A stretch of DNA of 51,694 nucleotides from Octopus bimaculoides. Taxonomy: Eukaryota. This document shows positions 39,643 through 51,694 of the stretch, piece after piece (position 1 is the stretch's first letter; every line of letters begins with the position of its first letter). The position numbers were made by a program, and so were the translations under genes. The notes beneath the pieces are model-generated. The model was not told the origin of the DNA and searched no databases. It saw only the letters and a program-made list of their open reading frames with translations. The stretch is from positions 52,448,510 through 52,500,203 of the forward strand of contig NC_068993.1 in the NCBI RefSeq assembly GCF_001194135.2, written 5' to 3'.

Positions 39643-39988
39643 ATGGTTTCAAATTTTGGCACAAGGCCAGCAAGTTCAGGGAAAGGGTTAAGTTGATTAC
39701 ATAGATCCCAGTGCTCAACTGGTACTTATTTTATAGACCCTGAATTTGAACTCAGATAAATAAAAACAGACAAAAGATGAAGAATTTGACAGGAATGATA
39801 GAACTAAATCTCTTTTGTGATATTTACTTTTGTTCTTTGCATTCTAAGAGTATGTATCGCATTGTAGGTTTCTTTACTTTCTTATCTGTCCAAGAATCTG
39901 TAAAAACATCATGAATGTTCTAGTGTTTGTTCAATTGACTTTATTCCCTGTTCAAATGAAATAATAAGTTTGTCTTTAACTTTATTAG

Positions 39989-40030
39989 GTTGTCAGTGAT
40001 ACAGTGCTACAGGAAGAAGTAAGAATTGCA
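39989..40030 (+). CDS. PDE2A: PDE2A-like GAF-A exon (VVSDTVLQEEVRIA), 42 nt, phase 0 to 0
   Basis: Acceptor ctttaactttattag|, donor GCA|gtaagt. Ungapped match to human [14 protein letters not shown]. Confidence 0.9.
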
Positions 40031-40435
40031 GTAAGTATAACAAGTAACTATTTTCTATGATAATAATACTGTCATTGATCTATCGCTACCTTTATTATTA
40101 ATATTATTATTCTTTTTTTTTTTCTTTTCTTTTTTTTTTACTACTGCAAAAAATATATTAAAAAATATCTTCTGGTTCATCACAAATAAAAAAAAAAGAT
40201 GTCAGAACACCAACTGATCAGTTTGAAGGGAGAGATGTATATGAATTTTTTTGCCTAAGTGTTAAATATTGATGAAAGTATGTGGCCTGGTGTTTAGGGT
40301 GTTGGATTCATGATCATGAGGTCAGGGGGGTTTCAATTCCTGAGCAGGTAAAGCATTGTGTTCTTGAGCAAATGACAGTTTCATGTTATTCTGGTCTGCT
40401 TTACTGTAAATAAGTACCGCCCCAATGCTGGTGCA

Positions 40436-40480
<45 letters not shown>

Positions 40481-40490
40481 NNNNNNNNNN
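40481..40490. other. Assembly gap
   Basis: 10 N between (CT)n and (AT)n. Confidence 1.
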
Positions 40491-40937
40491 ATATATATAT
40501 ATATATATATATATCACTATCTATCACATTCTGGATATTTTGCTGGCTCAAATGGTTGCAGGGCCAAAAAAGCATTTGTCTGTTTAAAATTCGATGCACC
40601 ACAAACACTTAGCAAAAATGTGATACAAGCTACCAGGCCATACTTTCTTACAACCAACAGCTAAGCTTTATTTCTTTTTTATTCTATTGAATATTTACCT
40701 AATTATACAAATATTGTGACTGGAGATTTTAAGAAACAAAATAATTACAGAAACAGGACAAAATATGTTATTTTTTTCTTCTGCAGCTTTTTTACTAATT
40801 TGACCAGCTGTTACACATATGTGTATGGATAAAATGTTAAACACCTATGCAAATTAGGAATACCAGTTTTCTGTAGCTACTGGATTTGTTGAGTATATAA
40901 ACAGATTGGCTGTTAATTTCACTATGATTGGTCAGAA

Positions 40938-40982
40938 TGATGTCAACGCCTCTGATGAGAGTCCAACAAGGTTTGAAAATCA
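40938..40982 (+). ncRNA. Degenerate minimal type I hammerhead-ribozyme motif in Penelope-like pseudo-LTR context
   Basis: TGATG-TC aacgcct CTGATGA gagtc caacaa ggttt GAAA -ATCA. Stem II pairs via G-U wobbles; stem III lacks one C. Confidence 0.45.
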
Positions 40983-41329
40983 GATAAGGTTGTTCATCAT
41001 TTTCTCAATCTATGAGAAATAACTAAATTTGCCCTGTTTATACATTTGCTGCTTGGGTTACATATATATGTGTGTGTGTGTGTGTATAGAGTTGAGTGAA
41101 TGTTTTCTATGTATGTATGTATCACTGTAAATAGAATATTTGATACACCAGCAATTTTTTCTGTTTTTCAGTACTTTTCCTGACATTTAATTTGTTTTCC
41201 TTTCAACACTCAGTCTTACTATTTAATAACATATATATTTTATATTGCCTCTTTTACACACACACACATTTCTTTCTCCAACTTCTTTAAATAACTTCTC
41301 TTTGTAATTTCGTGTGTGTGTGTGTGTGC

Positions 41330-41377
<48 letters not shown>

Positions 41378-42121
41378 NNNNNNNNNNNNNNNNNNNNNNN
41401 NNNNNNNNNNNNNNNNNNNNNNNNNNNNNNNNNNNNNNNNNNNNNNNNNNNNNNNNNNNNNNNNNNNNNNNNNNNNNNNNNNNNNNNNNNNNNNNNNNNN
41501 NNNNNNNNNNNNNNNNNNNNNNNNNNNNNNNNNNNNNNNNNNNNNNNNNNNNNNNNNNNNNNNNNNNNNNNNNNNNNNNNNNNNNNNNNNNNNNNNNNNN
41601 NNNNNNNNNNNNNNNNNNNNNNNNNNNNNNNNNNNNNNNNNNNNNNNNNNNNNNNNNNNNNNNNNNNNNNNNNNNNNNNNNNNNNNNNNNNNNNNNNNNN
41701 NNNNNNNNNNNNNNNNNNNNNNNNNNNNNNNNNNNNNNNNNNNNNNNNNNNNNNNNNNNNNNNNNNNNNNNNNNNNNNNNNNNNNNNNNNNNNNNNNNNN
41801 NNNNNNNNNNNNNNNNNNNNNNNNNNNNNNNNNNNNNNNNNNNNNNNNNNNNNNNNNNNNNNNNNNNNNNNNNNNNNNNNNNNNNNNNNNNNNNNNNNNN
41901 NNNNNNNNNNNNNNNNNNNNNNNNNNNNNNNNNNNNNNNNNNNNNNNNNNNNNNNNNNNNNNNNNNNNNNNNNNNNNNNNNNNNNNNNNNNNNNNNNNNN
42001 NNNNNNNNNNNNNNNNNNNNNNNNNNNNNNNNNNNNNNNNNNNNNNNNNNNNNNNNNNNNNNNNNNNNNNNNNNNNNNNNNNNNNNNNNNNNNNNNNNNN
42101 NNNNNNNNNNNNNNNNNNNNN
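41378..42121. other. Assembly gap
   Basis: N run between (AT)n and poly-T. Confidence 1.
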
Positions 42122-43607
42122 NTTTTTTTTTTTTTTTTTGGTATCTTGTAGAATGCATTCTTTGATATAACTTAGGATTTTTGGCAACCAAACATTTTGT
42201 ATTTATTTCTTTATTCTATTGCCTTTCATTTTGTATTACTAGTATCATATAAACGGCACCAAATATTCTAATATCGTGTATCATTCACTAAACATATTTA
42301 TATTACTTATGTTATACTAAACATATTGACACTACATCTAATATACAAATATTCCTATGCTATATATCTTACTTTGATATTACATTTTGTACTTGGAACA
42401 TATTGGTATCCAATTGGTACAAATTATAAAATTTCCTTTGTAAATGAATATTTTCTTCATTTTTTTGTTTTTTCCTGAACGATTCTGTTTGTTATGATAA
42501 CATTGAGTCTTAGACAGTTCTCCCAGACTATCCATCTATTGTCCTTCCTTGTAGAAAATATTTCAACTCCTTTGAAGGTAAACATCTTTGAACTACCTCC
42601 ACCAATGCTTCATAAGATTTGTGTGTGTGGATGTGTTTTTGCATACATATATGTGTGCATGTGTATGTGTTTACAGGTATGTGTGTGTCTATATTTTAAC
42701 TTTTTTTTATTTCAAACATTTACCAGGGAAAATATTATCAATACTCATTTGTAGTCGGGCAGGGGTTGTTCCAGTATATTTGCTAGTGTTTTAGGTGAAT
42801 GGCCTAATAGTTATGGTGTTTGACTCATAGTCTTGTAATGCTGTGGGTTCAAAACCTGAGCCAGGTGGTACATTGTACCCTTCAACAAAGCATTTCATTT
42901 CACATTGCTTAAATATTCTCATCTGAAATAAGCATCAATCAGGATGCTGGTGCAGCCCTCTCTCTCTCTCTCTCTCTTCCATTGCCACTTCCTGAATGTT
43001 CTGCTGAGTCAGGGGTAGTGGGACCAAGAGGTTTTCTATAGCTGTTTGTGACTACATAGACATCTAAAACAATTAACATAAGCATAATTCATGTTAATTA
43101 CTTATGCCCTTCACTGCCTACAGTGCTTAGGCCATCAATGACTTCTGTTCTCCATTTTGGAATGTCTTTTCTGCTTTTCTCCTCTCCCAGGTCTTGTTAG
43201 TTTTGAATTGTCACTAATGCTTCTGTAACGTTGCTTATTTTCTAGTTAAGGATATTGGTCCTATTCAAACCCATTTTTACCTCTAAGAAGGTAAAGTGTA
43301 AAGACCCCCTTCAGTCATCAATAACCATGGGGTTGCACCTAGAAAGTTCCCCTCCTAGCCACAAGTCTGGGCAAGGTGGTTTATGGAAGACCGACATCTC
43401 TTTATTTTAAAACATTATATATTTAGATTTAGATTTATGTACCATTGATGAAGCTAAAACTTTGTTATCCTCTCTATTTTTGTAATCTATTCTTTTCGCT
43501 TTAATTAAATCATTATACTTCGTTTTTGTTTCTGGTTTGCAAGATTCCTTATATGAATCCGTGTGTTGAAACAAACTTTGTTGTGTCTGGACAGAGTTAT
43601 GGTGCCT

Positions 43608-43784
43608 TAATTTAACACACTCACCGGTTCAGTTTCCACTCATTTATTTATTTATTCCTGAAAGCTTTTTCATCGCTGTATTTGTGACTGTATCATTGAT
43701 ACAGTCACAAATACAGCAATGAAAAAGCTTTATCAAATAAATAAATAAATGAGTGGAAATTGAACCGGTGAGTGTGTTAAATTA
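43608..43784. repeat. 177-bp palindrome (88-bp arms, 1-nt centre at 43696)
   Basis: Direct arm comparison gives 6 mismatches in 88 bp. Confidence 0.95.
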
Positions 43785-43998
43785 TTATAAAGTATGGTCA
43801 AAGCTGAACAGTCACATTACACCTAAATCTCAAAAGATGGGAGCTGCACTGATCCCTGTTTTCATCCTCAGTAGAAAATTTGGTACTTATTTTACAAACC
43901 CTAAAGGAATGAAAGACTAGTTCGACAATGTAAGAACATGATAAGATGTACTAAGATATTCTAGTTTGTAAGTGACTCAAATTACTATCACCCATATC

Positions 43999-44193
43999 TT
44001 AACCCTTTTGATACCGACCCATCCATGATATAAACTTTTTGTCTTAAAGTGATCTAAATTAACATGAAATTTTGATGGAAGATTTTATGCTCCAATCACC
44101 AGCTTAATAATGACAAAGCTATTTTAATAAATTCTTCATTATTTGAGACAAAGACAGCATATTTTTACAAAACTATGGTAATAAAAGGGTTAA
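43999..44193. mobile_element. piggyBac-like MITE
   Basis: TTAA target duplications (43999-44002, 44190-44193) flank CCCTTTTGATACC / GGTAATAAAAGGG terminal repeats. Confidence 0.75.
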
Positions 44194-45489
44194 TGTAATT
44201 ATTTGTATACTAACTCAATGAGGAATATACTAAAGTTGTTAACCTCTCACCTTCTCCAATCTTATGAAAGATCTGCTTGACACTGTGGACCAACAACAAT
44301 AGTTATAGATTATACAGTGCACCATTGCTGCTTATATTGGTTAATTGCATCAGCATATCTCCAAAATATCCAACACCTATGTCGGTGCTTTGTAAAAGCA
44401 CCCATGCCAGTGCCACAAATAAATGACCCAATACACTCTGTGAAGTGGTTGGCATTAGGAAGGGCATCCAGTCAGGGAAACTATGCCAAAATAGACAAGT
44501 GGAACCTGGGTAGCTAGCCAGTTCCTGCAAACCAACCAACCTATACCAGTATCGAAAGTAGACCTTAAATGATGATGATGATGATGGTGGTGGTGATGGT
44601 GATGATGATGAAGAAGGAAGAGGAGGAGATATTTCTAAATATACCAGTGTATTAGTGATTTGAAACAACTGTCGACTGACCCTGTAAACAATGGGACAAC
44701 ATGCTGGCAATTTAACAAGTTATGAGTGTTTCCATGCATAATATTTAATGAAAAATTATCTGTCAGTCACTTTATTTCGTTAATAACACCAATCTTACAT
44801 CGAGGGAAAACGAAACTGTCTGAAAGTGTGAATTCCATATAATCTGAAATGTAATCAACTGAACGTAATAACAATCTAAAATAGCTGATACTTTAAATAT
44901 GAAACACAAGAACTTCTCTCATTACTTCTAACTACATCTTGTATCCAAGCTACTTCTGTTGGTTAAAGTGACTATTTTTAATAAGTATTTTGCCATATTA
45001 TATATTGATATTACTCATATAAGCTTTATTGTCTAGAAGCTGGGACATTCATAAGCTGTTATAATATAAATTACATTATCACTTTTCATATTTTTGATTC
45101 AACTTGAAAAGAGATCCAGTTATTGATTAGAGAAATCTTATTTAATATAAAACTATAGCCTGATGGCAATAGTAATTACCTGGTGTTCATGGTGGATAGA
45201 GGTGAAAGCTGAAGCAGTGATGATGGTAACCATCATAGCAGTCATGGCTGGAGTGATGGTGATAGTAATAGAGAAGGTTATATGTTGTGTAGTTGTAGAT
45301 ATGGATGCAGTAAGTAGCCTAAATATAGTTCCTATTCAAAAGAATGTCACTGCAAAAGAGATGAATTTAGAGACATCGGCATAGATTGAAGGAGTTTTCG
45401 ACAGTTATCCCTATATGCAACTGAAGAACTTTTCATTGTTATGTTGAAAAGGGACATGTTTTGTTGACGAGCACATCAAACAAAGTGTT

Positions 45490-46025
<536 letters not shown>

Positions 46026-46782
46026 TTGCTTTTTACTTCTAATCTGCATGTTTGTTACAATCACTTGCCGAGACACACCCAACATCCTAGGGTGAGTGAA
46101 GGATAAGAGGTATTAAAGTATAACTGAAAGCTTGGGGAGGTAGAGTGACAGGGGCAGTAGCAAAATATGTCCATGTAAAACAACACAGACATTTAAATTG
46201 ATAAGGTTTTTCTAAGGGGCAGTACTTGTCAGCACAATTTTTTAGATTTCTCTTAGGCATTGTTCTCCTGGGATGTTGTTTAGATGTCTCTGACAATAAC
46301 AGGAACAGTTCTTGCGTTAAGACACCACATCTTTTGTATCTCAGTTTTCCCCGGTCCTTATATTTACTTAATTTGTCAAATTCCTTTACAGATACATTGT
46401 TATCAGTGGAACACTTACATCTATTAATCTACAAGTATTTTCTTCCTTGTCTTTAATAATTGTGCCTGGTCAATTAGCCTGGATTGTTTTGTTGGTGTTG
46501 ATTGGAAAATCCCAGAGGATAGTGACATTTTTACCTTCAATGACTGACTTAGGATGATGTTCATACCAGTAAGCAAGAGTGCTGGTTTTGTAGTGTTTGC
46601 ATATTTCCCAATCTAAATACTGTCCTACACCATCATGATGATTTTTGTATCTGTTTGGTGTTAGCACAGGACATCCCGAAATGAGATGATCTATTGTTTC
46701 GTCAAATGTGTCATAGAATCTGCATTTAGAGTCAGAACCGTTAGTTAGCCTGGTAATTTCTGGTAAGCAAGCTTTGATCTTA
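46026..46782 (-). mobile_element. 5'-truncated R4/Dong-like non-LTR retrotransposon 3' end (zinc knuckle, restriction-like endonuclease, 3' UTR)
   Basis: Minus-strand translation KCRFYDTFDETIDHLISGCPVL...HHDGVGQYLDWEICKHY...WYEHHP...ILWDFPINTNKTIQAN*PGTIIKDKEENTCRLIDVSVP...KEFDKLSKYKD...EIQKMW. Its 3' end runs into an (AAT)/(GAT) array. Confidence 0.85.
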
Positions 46783-47085
46783 GTGAAGACATATGGCCTA
46801 GTGGTTAGAGCAGTGGACTTGCAGTCGAGGGATCATGGGTTCGAATCTCAGACCGGGCGATGTGTGTGTTTATGAGTGAAACACCTAAGCTACACGCAGC
46901 TCCAGCAGAAGTTAGTGGCGAACTTCTGCTGACTCTTTTGCCACAACTTTCTCTCACTCTTTTCTCCTGCATCTAGCAGCTCACCTGCAATGGATTGGCA
47001 TCCTGTCCAGGTGGGGAACCTATACTCCAATGAAACCAGGAAACCAGTCCTTATGAGTCAGGCATGGCTCAAAAAGGAACAAACA
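46783..47085 (+). mobile_element. tRNA-derived SINE with well-preserved head and (AAC)n tail
   Basis: A-box tggcctagtgg, B-box ggttcgaatctc, followed by a non-tRNA body. Confidence 0.8.
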
Positions 47086-47099
47086 ACAACAACATGCTT

Positions 47100-47140
47100 C
47101 GTAATTATTATTATCATTAATATCGTTGTTGTTGTTGTTG

Positions 47141-47205
<65 letters not shown>

Positions 47206-47222
47206 GTTGTTGTTATTATTAT
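47100..47222. repeat. (ATT)n/(GTT)n microsatellite
   Basis: Read directly. Confidence 0.95.
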
Positions 47223-48818
47223 ATCCTCATCTTTCCAATTAGGAAATAAAACTTCAATGATTATACATCATTCAAACTGATCCTAAACAACTATCTGTAC
47301 CTCATTCATTTAAGATTATTTCGCTCGACTTTTGATCAGCTTCTCTATACCAGCTGTTCTGCAATTATCTGGACTTTTGCTTCCCAAATGCTGTCTATCT
47401 TAATACTGTTTTTTGGTTTCTTGTCCCAGTCTACTCTCATTTCATGGCCCAGCAATCTGAGTTGCAACTGTCTTTTTTCAAGGTAAACACTTTGGCAACC
47501 AGTTCTCCAGTACATCTCATTTCACATTATTTTTTTACTCTTTTATAGTTTGAGATCCATTCTGCTATGTTAGCAGTACTAGGATATTTAGTTTTAAGTT
47601 AGGTATTTGTATATTACTGAAGTATTTGTTTTTTTCACTAAAGTTCAATATCTTTCCTTCAAATATTTTTAGAAATAATATTGTAAATGGGATATGTTTG
47701 TCAACTAAGAAAATTGGAGCTAGCAATGTAATATTTGAGCTGATATCTTGCGTTGAAACTCTTTTCATTGTGCTCTTGCTTAAATTTCAACTCACAACTA
47801 AATATTCTCTTTTCTTACACCATTAACTATATAACTACTCTACCTCAGTTTTACTATATCTCTACATAGAAGCAAGGGTAATAAATAAAGATACATAATA
47901 GGTTTCAAAATGTCTGTTATTTTTACCATTTGAAATTTCAGTATAAAATATGATACTATTTAGAAGATGATCAAATATAGGTAAATATAAGTACACTGTA
48001 AATGTTAGCATCGTCACATAAGCACTAATTCACAAACATTATTTATATTAATTGTCAATACTAAAGATGTCTCTGATCTCTCAGGCTAATAATATCGATA
48101 AATTTCCAAATTTTGTTCCAATTTCCATTTTATTTTAGTTTCCTGTTATTTCTTCAAACTGAAAATACACATTTTCATGTTGTTTTGTCTTTAAATACGT
48201 TTTACCATTGCCATTTCTTTGATACTGTTATCTTCAACCTTTAATAATTTTACTTTGCTACGTAAATATTATATTATATGATATATTTTTCACAAACTTT
48301 GCAGACATTTAAGACGCTCATATTATGTATTTATGTAGGTAGTTAGATTGGTAAGTAGATAGGTACATATGCACGTATTTTCACACATATGTACATAGGT
48401 AGGTAGGTAGGTAGGTAGGTGTAAGAATGAATTCTTCACAATTATAATGAAAATATTATTTTTGCACAGAGTAATTCACAAGAAAACTAAGTAAAGGTGC
48501 AAAACAAAACAGGTTTAGAGGAATATGTAACCATAGCTAAAGCAGAGAAATACTTAAAAATAAAATCATGCTACATAATATTTTCTGAAATATCATCTTA
48601 TTCCTTGTTTAACATCTACTTTTTCCGTGCTTGTACCATTCAGACAGAGTTTATTCAGGAAGATTTTCTATGGCTGGATACCCTTCCTGTTGCCAACCCT
48701 CACATGTTCTTAAGCAAGATAATATTTCCCCATGATTAGATGTATTTTTCACAGAATATTGGAAATTAATGGCATTCATTTGCAACAATCATGCAATGTG
48801 AAATAAGGAATCGCAAAC

Positions 48819-48911
<93 letters not shown>

Positions 48912-49657
48912 TTTAGGAAGGGCATCCAGTTCAGTTGTAGAAACCATGCCACATTAGATAACTTGGAGTCTGGCCAACTCCTGTCAAGCTGTCCAACCCA
49001 TGACAGCATAGAAAATGGATGTTAAATGATGATGATGACGATGACGATTTTCTTTCAGTTTTCATCTACGAAATCCATTCACAAGGATTTGGTTAACCCA
49101 GGGCATCAGTAGAAGATACTTGCTCAAGGTAGCATGCAATGAGACTGAAACCAAAATCTTGTGATTGGGAAGTAAACTTCTTAATCACACAACCATGCAT
49201 TTACCTATTTCAGAAATATCTAGGTCACAAGTGTGTTCTTACTATTATAGAGTTTACAAGTGCTTGAACCATTGAAATTAAAAATAAAAACATAATTTAA
49301 AACCTACTTTCAGAAATTGATTGTTATGGTAATTATAGTATAGGAATAGCTACTTTGCAATTATAATGAAAATATTTCTTTTGTGAAAAACAATTAGCAA
49401 GAGAGCTCAGCATAAATGAAAAAGATATATCAGGTTGAGAACAATAATATTATGATAAACTTAGCTCAAATGAAGAGGCACTTGAAAATAGAATTAAGCT
49501 ACATATTGAATTATATGCATAATATATCCTCTATTTATGTATTTTATTTTCAAGTATCTCTTAATTTCATACACACACACACACACACATACACACACAC
49601 ACACATATTGCAATAATAAATCTCTGAATGAGAAGTAAACAGTAACAGTATGGAATT

Positions 49658-49849
49658 GTGAAGTATATTTGCCACCTAAATGTGGCAGACCCATAGGGGA
49701 CGATGTTACTGTTGTTTATAATCCCAAGAAGACATCTCCTTCAGACAGTGTGTCATTAGCCAGCTGTGGAGATGTCTTCCTGAAGCTATAAACAATAGTA
49801 GCATCGTCCCCTACAGGTCCGCTACATTTAGGTGGCAAATATACTTCAC
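49658..49849. mobile_element. Long-TIR hairpin MITE (82-bp arms, 28-bp spacer)
   Basis: Arms gtgaagtatatttgccacctaaatgt...gaagacatctcc and its reverse complement. The outer 26 bp are perfect. Confidence 0.75.
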
Positions 49850-50092
49850 GATATATATATTTTATTTCACAAGAATGTAAACTTCATATAATCAAAGTGT
49901 CCTTGGCCTGAAGTGTAGCTTGCGGTCTACCCTCATTTGCCTACTGCCAAGGTTCTGTTAGCTGTGAAACATATGTAGCCTGCATATCAGACCATAATAT
50001 TCTACCTGCTTTAATTTTGATTTAAGTTTGATTTGGTATGGTTTCTATGGCTGGAGGCCCTCCCTAACACCAAACAAGACGAGACTATATAT

Positions 50093-50347
50093 NNNNNNNN
50101 NNNNNNNNNNNNNNNNNNNNNNNNNNNNNNNNNNNNNNNNNNNNNNNNNNNNNNNNNNNNNNNNNNNNNNNNNNNNNNNNNNNNNNNNNNNNNNNNNNNN
50201 NNNNNNNNNNNNNNNNNNNNNNNNNNNNNNNNNNNNNNNNNNNNNNNNNNNNNNNNNNNNNNNNNNNNNNNNNNNNNNNNNNNNNNNNNNNNNNNNNNNN
50301 NNNNNNNNNNNNNNNNNNNNNNNNNNNNNNNNNNNNNNNNNNNNNNN
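50093..50347. other. Assembly gap
   Basis: N run. Confidence 1.
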
Positions 50348-50585
50348 TTTCTTATTTCTTTATTGCCCACAAGGGACTAAACATAGAGGGGACAAACAAG
50401 GACAGACAAAGAGACTAAGTCGATTACATCAATCTCAGTGCGTAACTGGTACTTAATTTATCGACCCCAAAAGGATGAAAGGCAAAGTCAACCTCGGCGG
50501 AATTTGAACTCAGAATGTAATGGCAGACAAAATACTGCTAAGCATTTCGTCCGGCGTGCTAATGTTTCTACCAGCTTGCTGCCTT
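50348..50585 (-). mobile_element. Young SINE copy
   Basis: CpG-rich (ctcggcgga, ttcgtccggcgtg). Matches 27428-27580. Confidence 0.85.
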
Positions 50586-51179
50586 TCTTGCAGTTCCTGT
50601 CTATCAAATTCCTGCATAAAACATTGGTCAAACTATAATAGAAGGCACTTACCCAAGGTGCTGTGCAGTGGATCCGAACCCAAAACCGCACGGTTATGAA
50701 TCAAACATCTTAAGCACACAACCACATTCAAAACATGCCAACAACACATCCCAAATTAAGAAACAGTTTGCAAACAGACATCACTGTAAACTCATATCAG
50801 CAAATATATAATATAGGCATACTTCATCACTTTTGTTGAACAACTGTCTTCTATCTGTGAAGCTGTTTGTATTTCTAATTCATTTTAATTGAAATGATTG
50901 TCTGATATAATTTTCACAATACATTGTAGCTATTTCAATTTTAGTTTGCTGTGTTAATTTAACTTTCTAGTTCTGTTTACACTTGTTTTAGGGCATGGTG
51001 TTATTGCAGAAGACTTTCTTGTCTGCTTTCTAGACTAGTGGCATGGTATCTATCTGTCATATAACTCTTTGTGTACTGTTTTAATCATTGCTCTTTGGAA
51101 TAACAACATGACTTGCAATTTACATTCCCAAGTTCCAGTCTCTCTCATTCTTGTATCCTCTCTTCCTTCTCTCAATCTT

Positions 51180-51213
<34 letters not shown>

Positions 51214-51345
51214 CTAAACACACACACCTAAACACACACGCACAAACTCAGGATACTTCTTCATACAGTCTATTATGCATGTCCATCATCAGTGCTAAAT
51301 TGCGGCCTAAACGCAATATATATGTTGACATACCCTACTTTATAT

Positions 51346-51376
<31 letters not shown>

Positions 51377-51403
51377 CACTTTGTTATGCTGGCATGGGTT
51401 TTA

Positions 51404-51449
<46 letters not shown>

Positions 51450-51694
51450 TATATACACACACACACACACACAGTCTCTTCTTTCTTTCTGTTAACATAC
51501 ATAATAACCTATCTACAGAAAGGCTGGTCTGACCAAAACCATAGTCTGTGTGTGTAACCTTTGTTTATCTTACATAAATGAACATATATATATATGTATA
51601 GACTCCAAACATTCCCAGCATATGTTTTATTAAGAATTTAAAAAAAAATTTTTATCCAAAACATAATGAATAAGACGAAGGAATCTATAGTTAT

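Noticed and set aside
42518-42577. Possible next PDE2 exon FSQTIHLLSFLVENISTPLK with donor AAG|gtaaac
   Set aside because: Phase fits, but the acceptor is ambiguous (several AGs) and similarity to the expected GAF segment is too weak to call.
46785-46860. tRNA-like sequence with A and B boxes
   Set aside because: No proper acceptor stem, and it continues into a repeat body with a simple-repeat tail, so it is a SINE head.

Overview
AT-rich, microsatellite-dense animal genomic DNA with six N-gaps. It is probably a coleoid cephalopod (Octopus-like); this is inferred from the SINE families and repeat content and was not verified. The window lies inside one long-intron gene on the + strand. Four short exons (18029-18110, 31106-31158, 35476-35550, 39989-40030) have canonical splice sites and compatible phases. 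They join to TNAAYKRLKSQAMGTDNKRDAAVLQLC-A-ELFDPDATSLQLKVIKY-LQEQTDAEIAFLLLNDKDNNDLFCQ-VVSDTVLQEEVRIA, which matches the start of GAF-A of cGMP-stimulated phosphodiesterase PDE2A (human, from memory: [65 protein letters not shown]). Several upstream exon candidates are weaker. The introns hold many tRNA-derived SINEs, a near-full-length dead Tc1/mariner (maT-like) transposase, a deleted mariner, and piggyBac- and hAT-type MITEs. They also hold 3' fragments of RTE, R4/Dong-like and HERO-like non-LTR retrotransposons, several near spacer-less palindromes, and a degenerate minimal hammerhead-ribozyme motif. Almost all ORFs in the supplied track are artefacts of gaps, microsatellites or repeats. 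No rRNA, intact tRNA or CRISPR array was seen.
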